The notes beneath the pieces are model-generated. The model was not told where the DNA came from and ran no database searches. It was given only the letters and a program-made list of their open reading frames with translations. Source: Gemmatimonadota bacterium (lineage in GTDB: Bacteria > Gemmatimonadota > Gemmatimonadetes > Gemmatimonadales > GWC2-71-9). From it: a DNA stretch of 64,000 nt. Positions 37,226 to 47,151 of this stretch are shown here, piece by piece; position 1 is the first letter of the stretch, and each line of letters begins with the position of its first letter. Where the stretch lies: NCBI GenBank assembly GCA_036679605.1, contig JAZDCZ010000243.1, forward strand, positions 32,001 to 96,000, read 5' to 3'. The position numbers were made by a program, and so were the translations under genes.

Positions 37226-38503
37226 ATGAGATTTACTATCGCGTTATTCGGTTTATCCGCTGCTTTGCTCGTCGCGGGCTGTGCTGTCGACTCGGAACTT
37301 CCGCCCTGCGCGCCCGACAACGCTGGGCTGACGCTTCCCGACGGTTTTTGTGCGCTCGTGGTTGCGGACGTTGAGGTAGGTGACAGCGTGGCCGCGGTGC
37401 GCCACTTGACTGTAGCCGGCAACGGCGACGTGTTTGCGGCACTCAACACGGGCGGGTTCGTGGTGCTCCGCGATTCAGACGGTGACGGCGCTGCCGACAT
37501 TCAGCGGCATTATGATGGCGACCGAGCTACCGGAATCGCGCTGCACGACGGATACCTCTATTTCGCGCCGGATGATTCTATCATACGGTATCGGTGGCCT
37601 GAGGGTGCGCTCGAACCCTCGGGCGACGCCGAACTGGTTGCCGGTGCGCTCCACCGAGAAGGTCGCTGGCATAGCGCAAAGGGCTTCGCTATCGGAGCGG
37701 ACGGCTCGCTGTTCGTGAACATCGGTGCCCCAGCCAACGTCTGCATGCAGCAACCACGCGGCCAGGGACAATCTGGCATAGATCCCTGTCCGTTGCTGGA
37801 GGTGGCCGGAGGGATTTGGCGATTTGATGCAAACCGAACCGGACAGACTCAAGCCGTGGATGGCGAACGTTACACAACTGGCATGCGCAACACTTTCGCG
37901 CTGACGATTCATCCGGAGACGGGATCGCTCTTCGGAGTGCAGCACGGTCGGGACGCGCTTGCCGGGTTCTGGCCGGCTCTGTTCACCACCGCCGAGAGCG
38001 CGGAGAAGCCGGCTGAGGAATTCATGCGGCTCGAGCGCGGCCAGAATTATGGCTGGCCGTATTGTTACTACGACCGCGAGCGACAGTTGAAGGTCCTGGC
38101 ACCAGAGTATGGCGGCGACGGAGAAGTCCAGGGACGTTGTGCAGACAAGGCGCTGCCCGTCACCGCTTTTCCTGGCCATTGGGCGCCTGAGGCGGTGAGC
38201 TTTTATATGGCAGATCAATTTCCTGCACCGTACCGTGGCGGCGCGTTCGTGACGTTTCACGGCTCGTGGAACCGTGCGCCAGAACCACAGGCCGGGTATA
38301 ACATCGCGTTCGTCCCGTTCAATGGTGATGACCCGGCCGGAGAGTTTACTGTGTTCGCCGACGGCTTTGCGGGGGATGATGTATCTCCCGGTGGTGCGCT
38401 GCACAGACCCACCGGCCTAGCGGTCGGACCGGACGGATCGCTGTACGTAGGCGATGACCGGGGCGGACGGATCTATAGAATCATCTATACAGGTGATCGC
38501 TAG
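37226..38503 (+). CDS. PQQ-dependent sugar/L-sorbosone dehydrogenase family lipoprotein
   Basis: Lipobox VAGC; L.LP.GF.A, GMRN, HGRD, YGWPYCY, HWAP, FHGSWNR, RPTGLAVGPDGSLYV.DD. Confidence 0.85.
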   Translation: MRFTIALFGLSAALLVAGCAVDSELPPCAPDNAGLTLPDGFCALVVADVEVGDSVAAVRHLTVAGNGDVFAALNTGGFVVLRDSDGDGAADIQRHYDGDRATGIALHDGYLYFAPDDSIIRYRWPEGALEPSGDAELVAGALHREGRWHSAKGFAIGADGSLFVNIGAPANVCMQQPRGQGQSGIDPCPLLEVAGGIWRFDANRTGQTQAVDGERYTTGMRNTFALTIHPETGSLFGVQHGRDALAGFWPALFTTAESAEKPAEEFMRLERGQNYGWPYCYYDRERQLKVLAPEYGGDGEVQGRCADKALPVTAFPGHWAPEAVSFYMADQFPAPYRGGAFVTFHGSWNRAPEPQAGYNIAFVPFNGDDPAGEFTVFADGFAGDDVSPGGALHRPTGLAVGPDGSLYVGDDRGGRIYRIIYTGDR

Positions 38504-38616
38504 TTCGATGCACGCTGTCGCTTGAGCGAACAAATCTGCTGAGCCGCGAGTTTACTTGTGGAACGCGAGTGGGTGCCCTTCAAGTTGAAAAGCTAGTCGA
38601 GGGCCGATAGGGACAA

Positions 38617-39612
38617 TCAGTCGATGCGGTAGTCAGCTACCTGAACCTCCTTGCCATAGTCGGCGTAGTCTCCATCGGTTCTGCGTTGCCGGAAGGATCC
38701 CCAGTTGATACTGCGGTATCTGGGAGCGCCAAGCGTGAGCGATTCTAGGGGAGCGTAGTCGGTGTTGTACGACGGGTTGAAGAAGAAGGGTATGCTGTAG
38801 CGCTCTAGTTCCTTGCGAGGTAGCACCCTGTGCAGTGCGGCCTTGTAACGGTCATTGGACCATACCTGCATCATGTCGCCCACGTTGATGACGAATGCCC
38901 CCTCGATGGGCTCTATGTCGACCCACTTGCCATGCGATGAAACCTGGAGTCCGCCGCCGTCATCCTGCAACAAGATCGTCAGCGCGCCGGCGTCGGTATG
39001 ATGGTGTAGCGCCATGTCGCCCAGTGCTGTGAGAGTTGTCGCGTTCTCCGGTTCTAGCGGATCGTCGAGAGGGTAGTAGTTGAGTCGCACGAAGCTGGTG
39101 TGATCATCGCCGAAATGAGGGCGCAACAGCTCCCGCGGTTGATCCAAACTTAGACAGAGTGCTTCAAGAATCGTAATGCCGAGTGTTTCGCAGGCTTGGA
39201 AATACTCGACCATTGTGCTGCGGAACGATGGTAGGCCGGAGGGCCACTGATTGTGCCCATCTATCTTCGTGTAGTTACTAGGATGGTTGTCCGTCAGTTC
39301 CGAGTGGATGACGTTACCGAAATCGAAGACCTCTTTGAGATCGCGCATATTCCTAGTCAGTTCTCGGTCGTAGTATCCCCTAGGGTTGTCCTTGCTGCGT
39401 GAAATGGCCAGCTTCTCATCGCGCGGCAGCGCGAAGAACTGTCGCGTACGAACCCAGACGCTTTCTAGGAGAGACGAGGATACACCGTGGTTCACTATCT
39501 GGAAAAAGCCGAACTCGGTACAGGCGTCCGCGATCTCTTGTACGGCGCCGCGCCGCTCGTGCTCGTCGTCACTGCCGAGCACACCGATATCGACTACAGG
39601 GACTTTCTCCAT
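38617..39612 (-). CDS. 2OG-Fe(II) oxygenase (isopenicillin N synthase-like family)
   Basis: VPVVDI, AC..FGFFQIVNHG, RLNYYP, HTD, H.V, RYSIPFF. Confidence 0.9.
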   Translation of the reverse strand: MEKVPVVDIGVLGSDDEHERRGAVQEIADACTEFGFFQIVNHGVSSSLLESVWVRTRQFFALPRDEKLAISRSKDNPRGYYDRELTRNMRDLKEVFDFGNVIHSELTDNHPSNYTKIDGHNQWPSGLPSFRSTMVEYFQACETLGITILEALCLSLDQPRELLRPHFGDDHTSFVRLNYYPLDDPLEPENATTLTALGDMALHHHTDAGALTILLQDDGGGLQVSSHGKWVDIEPIEGAFVINVGDMMQVWSNDRYKAALHRVLPRKELERYSIPFFFNPSYNTDYAPLESLTLGAPRYRSINWGSFRQRRTDGDYADYGKEVQVADYRID

Positions 39613-39629
39613 ATACCCAAGGTCACCAC

Positions 39630-40601
39630 ATGTCCGGCACAGTCAACCTCGCTCTGATCGGCACGGGTAGGATAGCGGAGACGCAACTCGCGCCCGCTTT
39701 GGCTGTGGCAGACGGCGTGCAGCTCTGGAGTGTTCTTAGTAGAAACAAGGAACGCGCGGCCGAATTTGCGGAGAGTCACGACGCAAAGTCATCAGGGACT
39801 GCATACACGAGTCTGGACGCGCTGGTGAGTGATCCCGATCTCGACGGGATCATCATTGCAACTCCCGACAAGTTGCACGCGCAACAGTGCATAACAGCGG
39901 CGCGGGCAGGCAAGCATGTGTTGGTCGAGAAGCCCATGGCCACATCGCTGGATGATGCCGATCGGATGATCGAGGCGTGTGAGGCAGCCGCAGTGAGGCT
40001 GGGCGTTGCCTACCATCTTCGTTGGCACGGTGGACATCGACTCATTGCAGGCACAGTGCAATCAGGAAAACTCGGAGATATCCGACACATGCGGGTTCAA
40101 TGGAGTTGGCGCGCGCCCGACGCGAGCAACTGGCGCGCAAGCTCGGACGTGGGTCGTTGGTGGAGCTTGGCGGGTGTAGGCACCCACTGCCTCGATCTAA
40201 TTCGATGGTTGATGGTTCCAACTTGCGGTGAGGTCGAGCAAGTCAAGAGCGTGCTGAGCAACGCGGTGTGGCGTGGTCCACACGATGAGTCTGCGGTCGT
40301 GGCGCTGCGCTTCGAATCCGGTGCCACTGCCGAGTTTTGTTCCTCGGTGAATTTCGAGTCGCCGCACCGGATGGAGATCTATGGATCAGACGGATATGCG
40401 ATCTGCACCGACACCCTCGGCGCACTGGGAGCCGGTACGATACAAACACGAGACGGCGATTTGGAGTTCTCTGTTGCCAACCCCTACGTGGGTGAAGTGC
40501 TGGACTTTGCAGCGGCCATACGTGATGAGCGAGCGCCTGAAGTAGACGGGCGCGAAGGGCGTAGAAATGTTGAACTTTTGCTTGAAATGGTTGATGATTG
40601 A
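39630..40601 (+). CDS. Gfo/Idh/MocA family oxidoreductase
   Basis: IGTGRIA, IATP..LH, GKHVLVEKPMA, G.H..D. Confidence 0.9.
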   Translation: MSGTVNLALIGTGRIAETQLAPALAVADGVQLWSVLSRNKERAAEFAESHDAKSSGTAYTSLDALVSDPDLDGIIIATPDKLHAQQCITAARAGKHVLVEKPMATSLDDADRMIEACEAAAVRLGVAYHLRWHGGHRLIAGTVQSGKLGDIRHMRVQWSWRAPDASNWRASSDVGRWWSLAGVGTHCLDLIRWLMVPTCGEVEQVKSVLSNAVWRGPHDESAVVALRFESGATAEFCSSVNFESPHRMEIYGSDGYAICTDTLGALGAGTIQTRDGDLEFSVANPYVGEVLDFAAAIRDERAPEVDGREGRRNVELLLEMVDD

Positions 40602-40652
40602 TGGTCACGTTGAGACATGACACGGTCCATGTAACAGTGGGAGACTATTGAA

Positions 40653-40889
40653 ATGGCCTATAGGAAATTCAAGGACAAGAGCGGCAATAACTGGGAGGTG
40701 CGCGAGCAGTCGCGAGACGAATGGTACTTCGAGCCGGCGTCCGGGAATCCGGGCAGCCGCAAGGTGGTGCGGTCTCCGGGGTACGAGAAGGACCCGTTTG
40801 AAATGAGCGAGCGCGAATTGCAGAAACTGTTGGGCTCCGATGAAGGTGAAGTGCGTACCAAGCGTACGAAATCCCCGTTCCTTGACTGA
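40653..40889 (+). CDS. Small hypothetical protein
   Basis: GGGAG SD; R.F.D..G..WEV.E N-terminus, DPFE.SE.EL..LL. Confidence 0.65.
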   Translation: MAYRKFKDKSGNNWEVREQSRDEWYFEPASGNPGSRKVVRSPGYEKDPFEMSERELQKLLGSDEGEVRTKRTKSPFLD

Positions 40890-40904
40890 TCCAACGGTAG
40901 CGCG

Positions 40905-41999
40905 GTGAAGTCCAACTTCTTCCAGCGCTATCTCCTACCAGGGTTCGTACTCCAGTCGATCGTGATCGCTGGTGGCTACGGCACCGGACGCGAACTCGTG
41001 GAGTTTTTCCTTAAGTTCGGGCCAGGTGCAGGGTTGGTGTCCATGGTCCTCATCGCGACGCTTGTCATGAGCGTTGTGAGCGCCGTGAGCTTCGAGTTCG
41101 CCAGGGTATTTCGTTGCTTCGACTATCGGAGCTTCTTCGTCCAGCTCTTAGGAAGGGGTTGGTTCGTATACGAGATCGGTTATCTGGTAGCAGTGTTACT
41201 GATATTGGCGGTCGTGGGTGCAGCGGCGGGAACCATACTCAACGAGTCGTTCTCGGTTCCGTATGTGGTTGGTGTGTTGAGCATGATGCTGGCAGTGGGG
41301 TTCCTGGTTTTCAAGGGTACCGGTACGATAGAGAAGGTGATGGCCGCGTGGTCCTTTGTACTGTACGCTACATACATCGTATTATTCGTTTGGGCCATCA
41401 CATTGTTCGGACGCAGCATGTTAGCGCAGCTTGGAAGCGGACCGACCGAGCCGGGCTGGGCGCTTAGCGGGCTAAAGTATGGTGTGTTGCAAGTCTCACT
41501 CATTCCGGCGGTCCTGTTCTCGGTACGACATATTACAACTAGGCGAGAAGCGCTTACAGCGGGAGCGCTCGCCGGGGTGATAGCGATGATTCCCGGTTTC
41601 ATGTTCTATCTGGCCATGGTAGGACAATATCCAGCTATCCTTGAACGTCCGGCACCCGTCAACTACCTGCTGGGCTTGCTGGGTTCACGCACCTTTCAGA
41701 TAGTCTTTCAAGTGGTGTTGTTCGGTACGCTCGTCGAGACGGGTACCGGATTGATCCACGCCTTCAACGAACGCGTAGCCAACACGTTCGCTGGAGTAGC
41801 TCGACCGATGCCCGTATCGGCCCGTCCCGTGATAGCCGTTGGTTTGTTGAGCGCTGGTGCTCTGCTGTCCAAGCTTGGCCTAGTAAACCTGGTGGCGCAC
41901 GGGTACGGAACGGCATCATGGATATTTATTTTTATCTATGCCTTGCCTGTGTTGACCTGGGGTGTATGGAAAATCAGAACCCAAATCGTGAGAGAATGA
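40905..41999 (+). CDS. YkvI-like multi-pass membrane transporter
   Basis: SIVIAGGYGTGRELVEFF motif, ~10 TM. Confidence 0.8.
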   Translation: MKSNFFQRYLLPGFVLQSIVIAGGYGTGRELVEFFLKFGPGAGLVSMVLIATLVMSVVSAVSFEFARVFRCFDYRSFFVQLLGRGWFVYEIGYLVAVLLILAVVGAAAGTILNESFSVPYVVGVLSMMLAVGFLVFKGTGTIEKVMAAWSFVLYATYIVLFVWAITLFGRSMLAQLGSGPTEPGWALSGLKYGVLQVSLIPAVLFSVRHITTRREALTAGALAGVIAMIPGFMFYLAMVGQYPAILERPAPVNYLLGLLGSRTFQIVFQVVLFGTLVETGTGLIHAFNERVANTFAGVARPMPVSARPVIAVGLLSAGALLSKLGLVNLVAHGYGTASWIFIFIYALPVLTWGVWKIRTQIVRE

Positions 42000-42003
42000 A
42001 TTC

Positions 42004-43635
42004 GTGCCACGAAAATTATATTTCTTAGGGAGCGCCAGCACACTTGGGATTATCGTAGTTGTTTCCCTGTGGTGGAGTACCGTACTGTGGTCCCTCGTTC
42101 TTGTTGGGCCCATCGTCCTACTCGGCGTTTACGATATCCTGCAGCGCAAGCACACACTTCTCCGGATCTATCCAGTGATCGGCCATGGCAGATACGTGAT
42201 GGAACTGCTGCGACCCGAGATCCAACAATATTTCGTCGAGGACAACATCAACGGGACGCCTCTCAGCCGAGAGCTGCGGTCGATCGTCTATCAACGCGCT
42301 AAGGGTGCCTTAGACACTCTCCCATTCGGTACACAAAGAGACGTTTACCGTGTCGGCTACGAATGGTTGAATCACTCGTTGAGCCCCACGCAGGCACTTG
42401 AACAGGAACCCCGAGTCAACATTGGAACTGAGCAGTGTACGAAGCCCTATGCTGCGTCACGGCTCAACATTTCGGCCATGAGCTTCGGAGCCCTCAGCCG
42501 CAACGCGATCCGGGCGCTTAACAAGGGGGCAAAGGAAGGTGGGTGTTACCACAACACGGGTGAGGGCGGATTGAGTCCCTATCATCTCGAGTTCGGTGCC
42601 GATGTCGTATGGCAGATTGGCACCGGCTATTTCGGTTGTCGCACGAGGGAAGGCAACTTCGATCCCGCCAAGTTCCAGCAAAATGCAGCCCGCGACAGCG
42701 TAAGAATGATCGAGATAAAGCTATCTCAGGGAGCCAAACCCGGGCACGGCGGAATTCTGCCAGGAGCGAAAGTGACTGAGGAGATAGCCACCATTCGTGG
42801 CGTACCGCCTGGGTTGGACGTGATTTCGCCACCCGCGCACACGGCGTTCAGCGACCCGACTGGACTGCTGAGCTTCGTGCAGACACTGCGCGAGCTGTCG
42901 GGAGGAAAGCCGGTGGGCTTCAAGCTCTGTGTAGGGGATCCTGTCGAGTTCATGGGAATTTGCAAAGCGATTGTATCGACGGGAATACTGCCGGACTTCA
43001 TTACGGTAGACGGTGGGGAGGGCGGAACCGGAGCGGCGCCGCTCGAGTTTTCCAATTCCGTGGGGACTCCGTTGAGGGAAGGCTTGACCCTGGTCCACCA
43101 CACGTTATTAGGTTGTGGGTTGCGCGACAAGATTCGCATCATCGCCGCCGGCAAGGTCGTCACGGCGTTCCATATGTTCAAGACAATCGCGCTGGGTGCA
43201 GACGTATGTAACTCAGCGCGGGCAATGATGATCTCCCTAGGTTGTATTCAGGCCAGACGCTGTCACGACAACACATGTCCGACCGGTATTGCCACGCAGG
43301 ATTCACAGCGGAGTCGTTCTGTGTACGTGATGGGCAAGGCCAAGAGGGTAGCGCGATATCACGGTGATACGATCGCGTCATTTCTGGAGCTGCTGGGCGC
43401 TGCCGGGCTGAAAACAGGGGACGAGATCTCACCACGCCATGTGCTCCGCCGAGTGGATCCTGTGACGGTCAAGAGTTATGCAGAAATCTATCCTGCTATC
43501 GAGCCGGGAGCGTTCTTGCGTAAGGACGTTGACGAGCGGTACCTGGCAGCGTGGAGTGCGGCCAATGCGACGAGTTTCCGGGGTGATGCAATAACCTGTG
43601 ATTCCGGGAGTGGTTTGAATACCCCTACAGTTTGA
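42004..43635 (+). CDS. FMN-binding glutamate synthase family protein (YerD-like)
   Basis: N-terminal TM; SAMSFGALS, NTGEGG, EIKLSQGAKPGHGG, DGGEGGTGAAP, CIQA..CH..TCPTG. Confidence 0.9.
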   Translation: MPRKLYFLGSASTLGIIVVVSLWWSTVLWSLVLVGPIVLLGVYDILQRKHTLLRIYPVIGHGRYVMELLRPEIQQYFVEDNINGTPLSRELRSIVYQRAKGALDTLPFGTQRDVYRVGYEWLNHSLSPTQALEQEPRVNIGTEQCTKPYAASRLNISAMSFGALSRNAIRALNKGAKEGGCYHNTGEGGLSPYHLEFGADVVWQIGTGYFGCRTREGNFDPAKFQQNAARDSVRMIEIKLSQGAKPGHGGILPGAKVTEEIATIRGVPPGLDVISPPAHTAFSDPTGLLSFVQTLRELSGGKPVGFKLCVGDPVEFMGICKAIVSTGILPDFITVDGGEGGTGAAPLEFSNSVGTPLREGLTLVHHTLLGCGLRDKIRIIAAGKVVTAFHMFKTIALGADVCNSARAMMISLGCIQARRCHDNTCPTGIATQDSQRSRSVYVMGKAKRVARYHGDTIASFLELLGAAGLKTGDEISPRHVLRRVDPVTVKSYAEIYPAIEPGAFLRKDVDERYLAAWSAANATSFRGDAITCDSGSGLNTPTV

Positions 43636-43872
43636 GCAGAGCCACCAATGTGCCTAGCGTACCCAGCCAGAATACAAAGTTCCATTTGAGCAGCCTGCTT
43701 ATCTCAACATGCAGTTCTGACTTCAGTTCAGCGATTCGTTGCTCCAGCTTCGCATCAAATTGTGAAAAGCGAAGCTCGAACAGTTCTCTGAATTCTGAAC
43801 GATACGTTGCGTCCACGTTGTTGAACCAATCTACCAGCTTGTCCGCTTAGAAAATCTTGCGGTTATCGGCAT
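43625..43872 (-). pseudogene. Frameshifted coiled-coil + TM protein (DUF1640/CCDC90-like)
   Basis: ATG 43872 gives MPITARFSKR then hits TAG; the homologous-looking continuation DKLVDWFNNVDATYRSEFRE...FDAKLEQR...KWNFVFW is in another frame; span 248 nt. Confidence 0.65.
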
Positions 43873-43999
43873 GGTTTTCTCGTTTCGCCAATACCGCCAT
43901 CACACTACAAAGATAAGCTCGGCAGGTCGTAACCAAAATAGCGCTCGGTGGATCAAGAAAGTGCGGGTGATTTCGCTGATCACCGGCGGGCCGGGCCTA

Positions 44000-44045
44000 T
44001 TGACTCACCTCACAGAATGTATTATTGTATTAGTAGACCAATACA
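44000..44045 (+). promoter_or_regulatory. sigma70 promoter with overlapping YtrA-type operator
   Basis: TTGACT-N17-TATTGT; TGTATT-N8-AATACA inverted repeat at 44026-44045, plus a second TGTATTA half-site at 44018. Confidence 0.75.
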
Positions 44046-44054
44046 GTAAGGCGG

Positions 44055-44423
44055 ATGTTTACTAACCTAGATCCCAGAAGCCCGGTACCGCTGTACGACC
44101 AGATCGCTTCGCGCATACGGGTGGGCATCGCGTCAGGGGAACTAGAGCCTGACCAAGCGCTGCCGTCAGTGCGACAGTTGGCGGGGCGGCTCCGAGTCAA
44201 CCCGGCCACGGTGGTTCAGGCGTATCGCGAACTCGAGACCGGAGGATTCGTCGAGATGCAGCAGGGGGCTGGAACTTTCGTGAAGGAAATCGCAAGGGAG
44301 AAGCGGTCCCGCGAACGAGAGAAGCAGGCAGGTGAATTGGTAAGGGAAATGCTTCAGCGGGCAGCGGGACTGGGAATCGATGCGGAAGAGGTCGCGACCG
44401 CGCTGAGTAAAGAACTCGGGTAG
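44055..44423 (+). CDS. GntR family regulator, YtrA subfamily
   Basis: PLY.QI...IR..I.SG.L.P...LPSVRQLA..L.VNP.TV..AY.ELE..G..G.GTFV; short C-terminal domain. Confidence 0.93.
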   Translation: MFTNLDPRSPVPLYDQIASRIRVGIASGELEPDQALPSVRQLAGRLRVNPATVVQAYRELETGGFVEMQQGAGTFVKEIAREKRSREREKQAGELVREMLQRAAGLGIDAEEVATALSKELG

Positions 44424-44476
44424 AGTAGAGCCATGGATACGCCGATACCTAAGCCGGCAGCAATGAGAGGGCAGCA

Positions 44477-45379
44477 ATGAACAACGCTATCGAGATGCGT
44501 GACGTGCTGTATCAGGCAGGAAAGTCCTTCGAGATCAGAGATCTCACTCTCAACGTGCCTACAGGTTCGCTATACGGTTTTCTCGGCCCCAACGGTGCCG
44601 GTAAGACAACAACGATCCGACTGCTTTTGGGCATGCTGCGCGCGAAGCAGGGCAGTATCACTGTCTTGGGTCGCAGCATACCACAAGACGCCCCCCGGGT
44701 GCTGATGTACACCGGATACGTGCCGGAACGACCCCATCTATACCCAAGTCTGACCATCGACCAAGCTCTGCGGTATCACGCGGCGTTCTACCCCAGCTGG
44801 GACTGGGATAAAGCCGGAACCATGCTGCGGCAATTCGAGTTGGATGGCGATCGCAGCATTGCGCGACTCTCCAAGGGAGAGGCGGGAAAACTGGCGACAC
44901 TGATAGCGCTGTCTCAGTGTCCTGAACTGTTGGTCTTGGACGAGCCGACCGATGGTCTGGATCCGGTCGTGCGACGCGATGTATTGACGGCCTTGATGGA
45001 GTACGTATCGCAATTCAACGCAACGGTGTTCATATCGAGCCATCTGGTTCACGAATTGGAGCGCATGTGCGACTGGGTGGGTGTCATGGACAAGGGGCGG
45101 CTGGTGGCCGAGATGCCGATGCAGAGCTTCAAGAACAGCATCAAGCGGTTGCGGGTGAGTGGCGCTCCCGCACTAGTTGAGGACGCCCCATTCGTGCTGC
45201 TCTCGCGGGAGGACAGCGACGGTGTTCACGGCGTGGAAGAATGGGTCGTGCGTGGCTGGCAGCAGCCTATGCAGCAATACTTTGAAGGTGTGGGCGCAAC
45301 GCTAAAGGAAGTCGTTGACCTCGATCTGGAAGAGGGGTTCGTAGAACTCCTGCGGACTTTCAGAACGGCTCGGACCTAG
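44477..45379 (+). CDS. ABC transporter ATP-binding protein (YtrB-like)
   Basis: GPNGAGKTT, LSKGE, LVLDEPT.GLDP, SSH. Confidence 0.93.
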   Translation: MNNAIEMRDVLYQAGKSFEIRDLTLNVPTGSLYGFLGPNGAGKTTTIRLLLGMLRAKQGSITVLGRSIPQDAPRVLMYTGYVPERPHLYPSLTIDQALRYHAAFYPSWDWDKAGTMLRQFELDGDRSIARLSKGEAGKLATLIALSQCPELLVLDEPTDGLDPVVRRDVLTALMEYVSQFNATVFISSHLVHELERMCDWVGVMDKGRLVAEMPMQSFKNSIKRLRVSGAPALVEDAPFVLLSREDSDGVHGVEEWVVRGWQQPMQQYFEGVGATLKEVVDLDLEEGFVELLRTFRTART

Positions 45380-45390
45380 GAGAAACGGCG

Positions 45391-46050
45391 ATGTTCAAGG
45401 TGATACTGCAAACACAATGGACTTGGTCGAGGATGTTCGTCCTGCTCGGCGTCGTCCTGGCATTTCTCCTTCCGGTCTTGACGGTGCAGCGAATCGGCAT
45501 TGGAGACGCATCAGACAGCTTTGCGGTCGGAGGGGTCTTGTCATCTGTAGAGAATTGGAGCGTATGGTATAGTGCCCTGGCCGCAGGGTTGGGATTGTTG
45601 GTCGCGACAAACACCTGGGCGGCGGACCACCGGGGCAAGCACGTATATGCGCTCTCGCTTCCGATTCCACGGTGGCACTATGTGTTGCTCCGGTTTGGGG
45701 CTGGAGCCCTCATGCTGCTGGCACCGGCGCTGGCCATCTGGGTCAGCTCAATGGTTGCCACGGCGGCTACCGAAATCCCAGAGAGTCTGAGAGTGTATCC
45801 GCATGCGTTGAGTGTGAGATTCGCTCTGGCAATGCTTGTGGCCTACAGCATGTTCTTCGCGATTTCGGCGGGCACAGCGCGTGCGGCTGGTTTCGTCTTG
45901 GTGGCCATAGGCGGCATCTTGGCAGCAGGAGTGTTGTTGTCCGCTGCGGGGTCCACGATCGATATGTCCGGAATGGTTGCGGATCGTTTGCTCTTGTGGC
46001 CAGGGCCCTTGGAGGTATTTACGGGGCCCTGGATGCTGATAGACATCTGA
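45391..46050 (+). CDS. ABC-2-like permease
   Basis: ~6 TM; Y.LSLP.PR...L.RF.AG motif; AGGAG SD. Confidence 0.75.
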   Translation: MFKVILQTQWTWSRMFVLLGVVLAFLLPVLTVQRIGIGDASDSFAVGGVLSSVENWSVWYSALAAGLGLLVATNTWAADHRGKHVYALSLPIPRWHYVLLRFGAGALMLLAPALAIWVSSMVATAATEIPESLRVYPHALSVRFALAMLVAYSMFFAISAGTARAAGFVLVAIGGILAAGVLLSAAGSTIDMSGMVADRLLLWPGPLEVFTGPWMLIDI

Positions 46051-46056
46051 GCCGCC

Positions 46057-47151
46057 ATGTCCCTTCGACTGTTGGAAACGTCTGTTGTGGTGCTCGCACT
46101 TGTGGGCGGGATTGCGGCCCTGCCGTCCGCCGTGTCTGCCCAAACCACGAGTGAATACCGCGCTCGGGTCGAGCGGCTCGACAGTTTGCATAAAGAGCAG
46201 GTGGCGGCCAGACGACAGGACGCCAGCTTGGCTCGAAACAAAATCGTGATCGATACGGTCCGGTTTGGGCAAGTCATATTCTTGGTCCGACACCAGTACG
46301 CCGGCATCGTGCGCACCGCGGCGCAGATGGCGTGGCGTCGGATGAGTTACGCACCGCAATCTGACACGGACCTGTTTCGTGGGATGGTAATGTTCGATCT
46401 CCTACCACTGGATAGAGCATCGAGAGGTGATTACATAGACCGTTGGCTACAGGTCAGCAATGATACGAATGGGGTTATTGGAAGCATAGAATCCGGAGTT
46501 TCTCACGTTTTGAAATCACGGCTGGACGAATCTTCCAGGTTGTGGTTTGAAGGCCGTATGACACTGAGCAGACCTGACACCGCTTCGTGGAGGAATGCCT
46601 ACATCGAGCTGGCGACCTCCCCGTTCAGTAACGTGGTCAGTTGCTATGCGGGCGATCTTGGCGCTTGTCGTCTTTCCATGGGCTTGATAGGAGGGAGTGA
46701 GCCAGTCACACGGTGGTACGACTCTAGCGATCGACGGATTCTTGTGTCTAGATACCGCGGCTGGGTAGATGCTGGCCGTCGGTGTAAAGAACTTGGGAAC
46801 GACTCGGATTGCCAGGAAGCTCTGAGAACGGCTGAGCTCCGTTCCCCCTCAACGTTGTTCCCAGCACCGCCGTTGTCGATGTCTTCTAGACGCATGTTGG
46901 TTAGCATGGCTTTGGAATTGGGTGGCACCGGAGCGTACGAACGATTGCTGACGGCGGATTCCGCCAGCACTGAACGGAGGCTGGTGGCCGCAAGCGGTGT
47001 GGCGTGGGATTCGCTGCTCCATGACTGGCGCGCCGCCGTTTTCGCCGCACGACCAAAGCCAACCACGATCTCCAGAACGCTTGGTTGGACGGCGTTCGGG
47101 TGGATAGTTGTTTTGGGGGCTTTGGCTACGCGGAGTTCTAGATGGCGTTGA
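46057..47151 (+). CDS. Hypothetical exported protein with C-terminal TM
   Basis: Signal peptide (VSA|Q), paired Cys, C-terminal hydrophobic helix plus basic tail. Confidence 0.7.
   Translation: MSLRLLETSVVVLALVGGIAALPSAVSAQTTSEYRARVERLDSLHKEQVAARRQDASLARNKIVIDTVRFGQVIFLVRHQYAGIVRTAAQMAWRRMSYAPQSDTDLFRGMVMFDLLPLDRASRGDYIDRWLQVSNDTNGVIGSIESGVSHVLKSRLDESSRLWFEGRMTLSRPDTASWRNAYIELATSPFSNVVSCYAGDLGACRLSMGLIGGSEPVTRWYDSSDRRILVSRYRGWVDAGRRCKELGNDSDCQEALRTAELRSPSTLFPAPPLSMSSRRMLVSMALELGGTGAYERLLTADSASTERRLVAASGVAWDSLLHDWRAAVFAARPKPTTISRTLGWTAFGWIVVLGALATRSSRWR

Noticed and set aside
37475..38404. 309-aa minus-strand ORF and similar long antisense ORFs (e.g. 6741..7454, 55691..56251)
   Set aside because: No motifs; they lie opposite clear genes and are expected from codon bias in GC-rich DNA.
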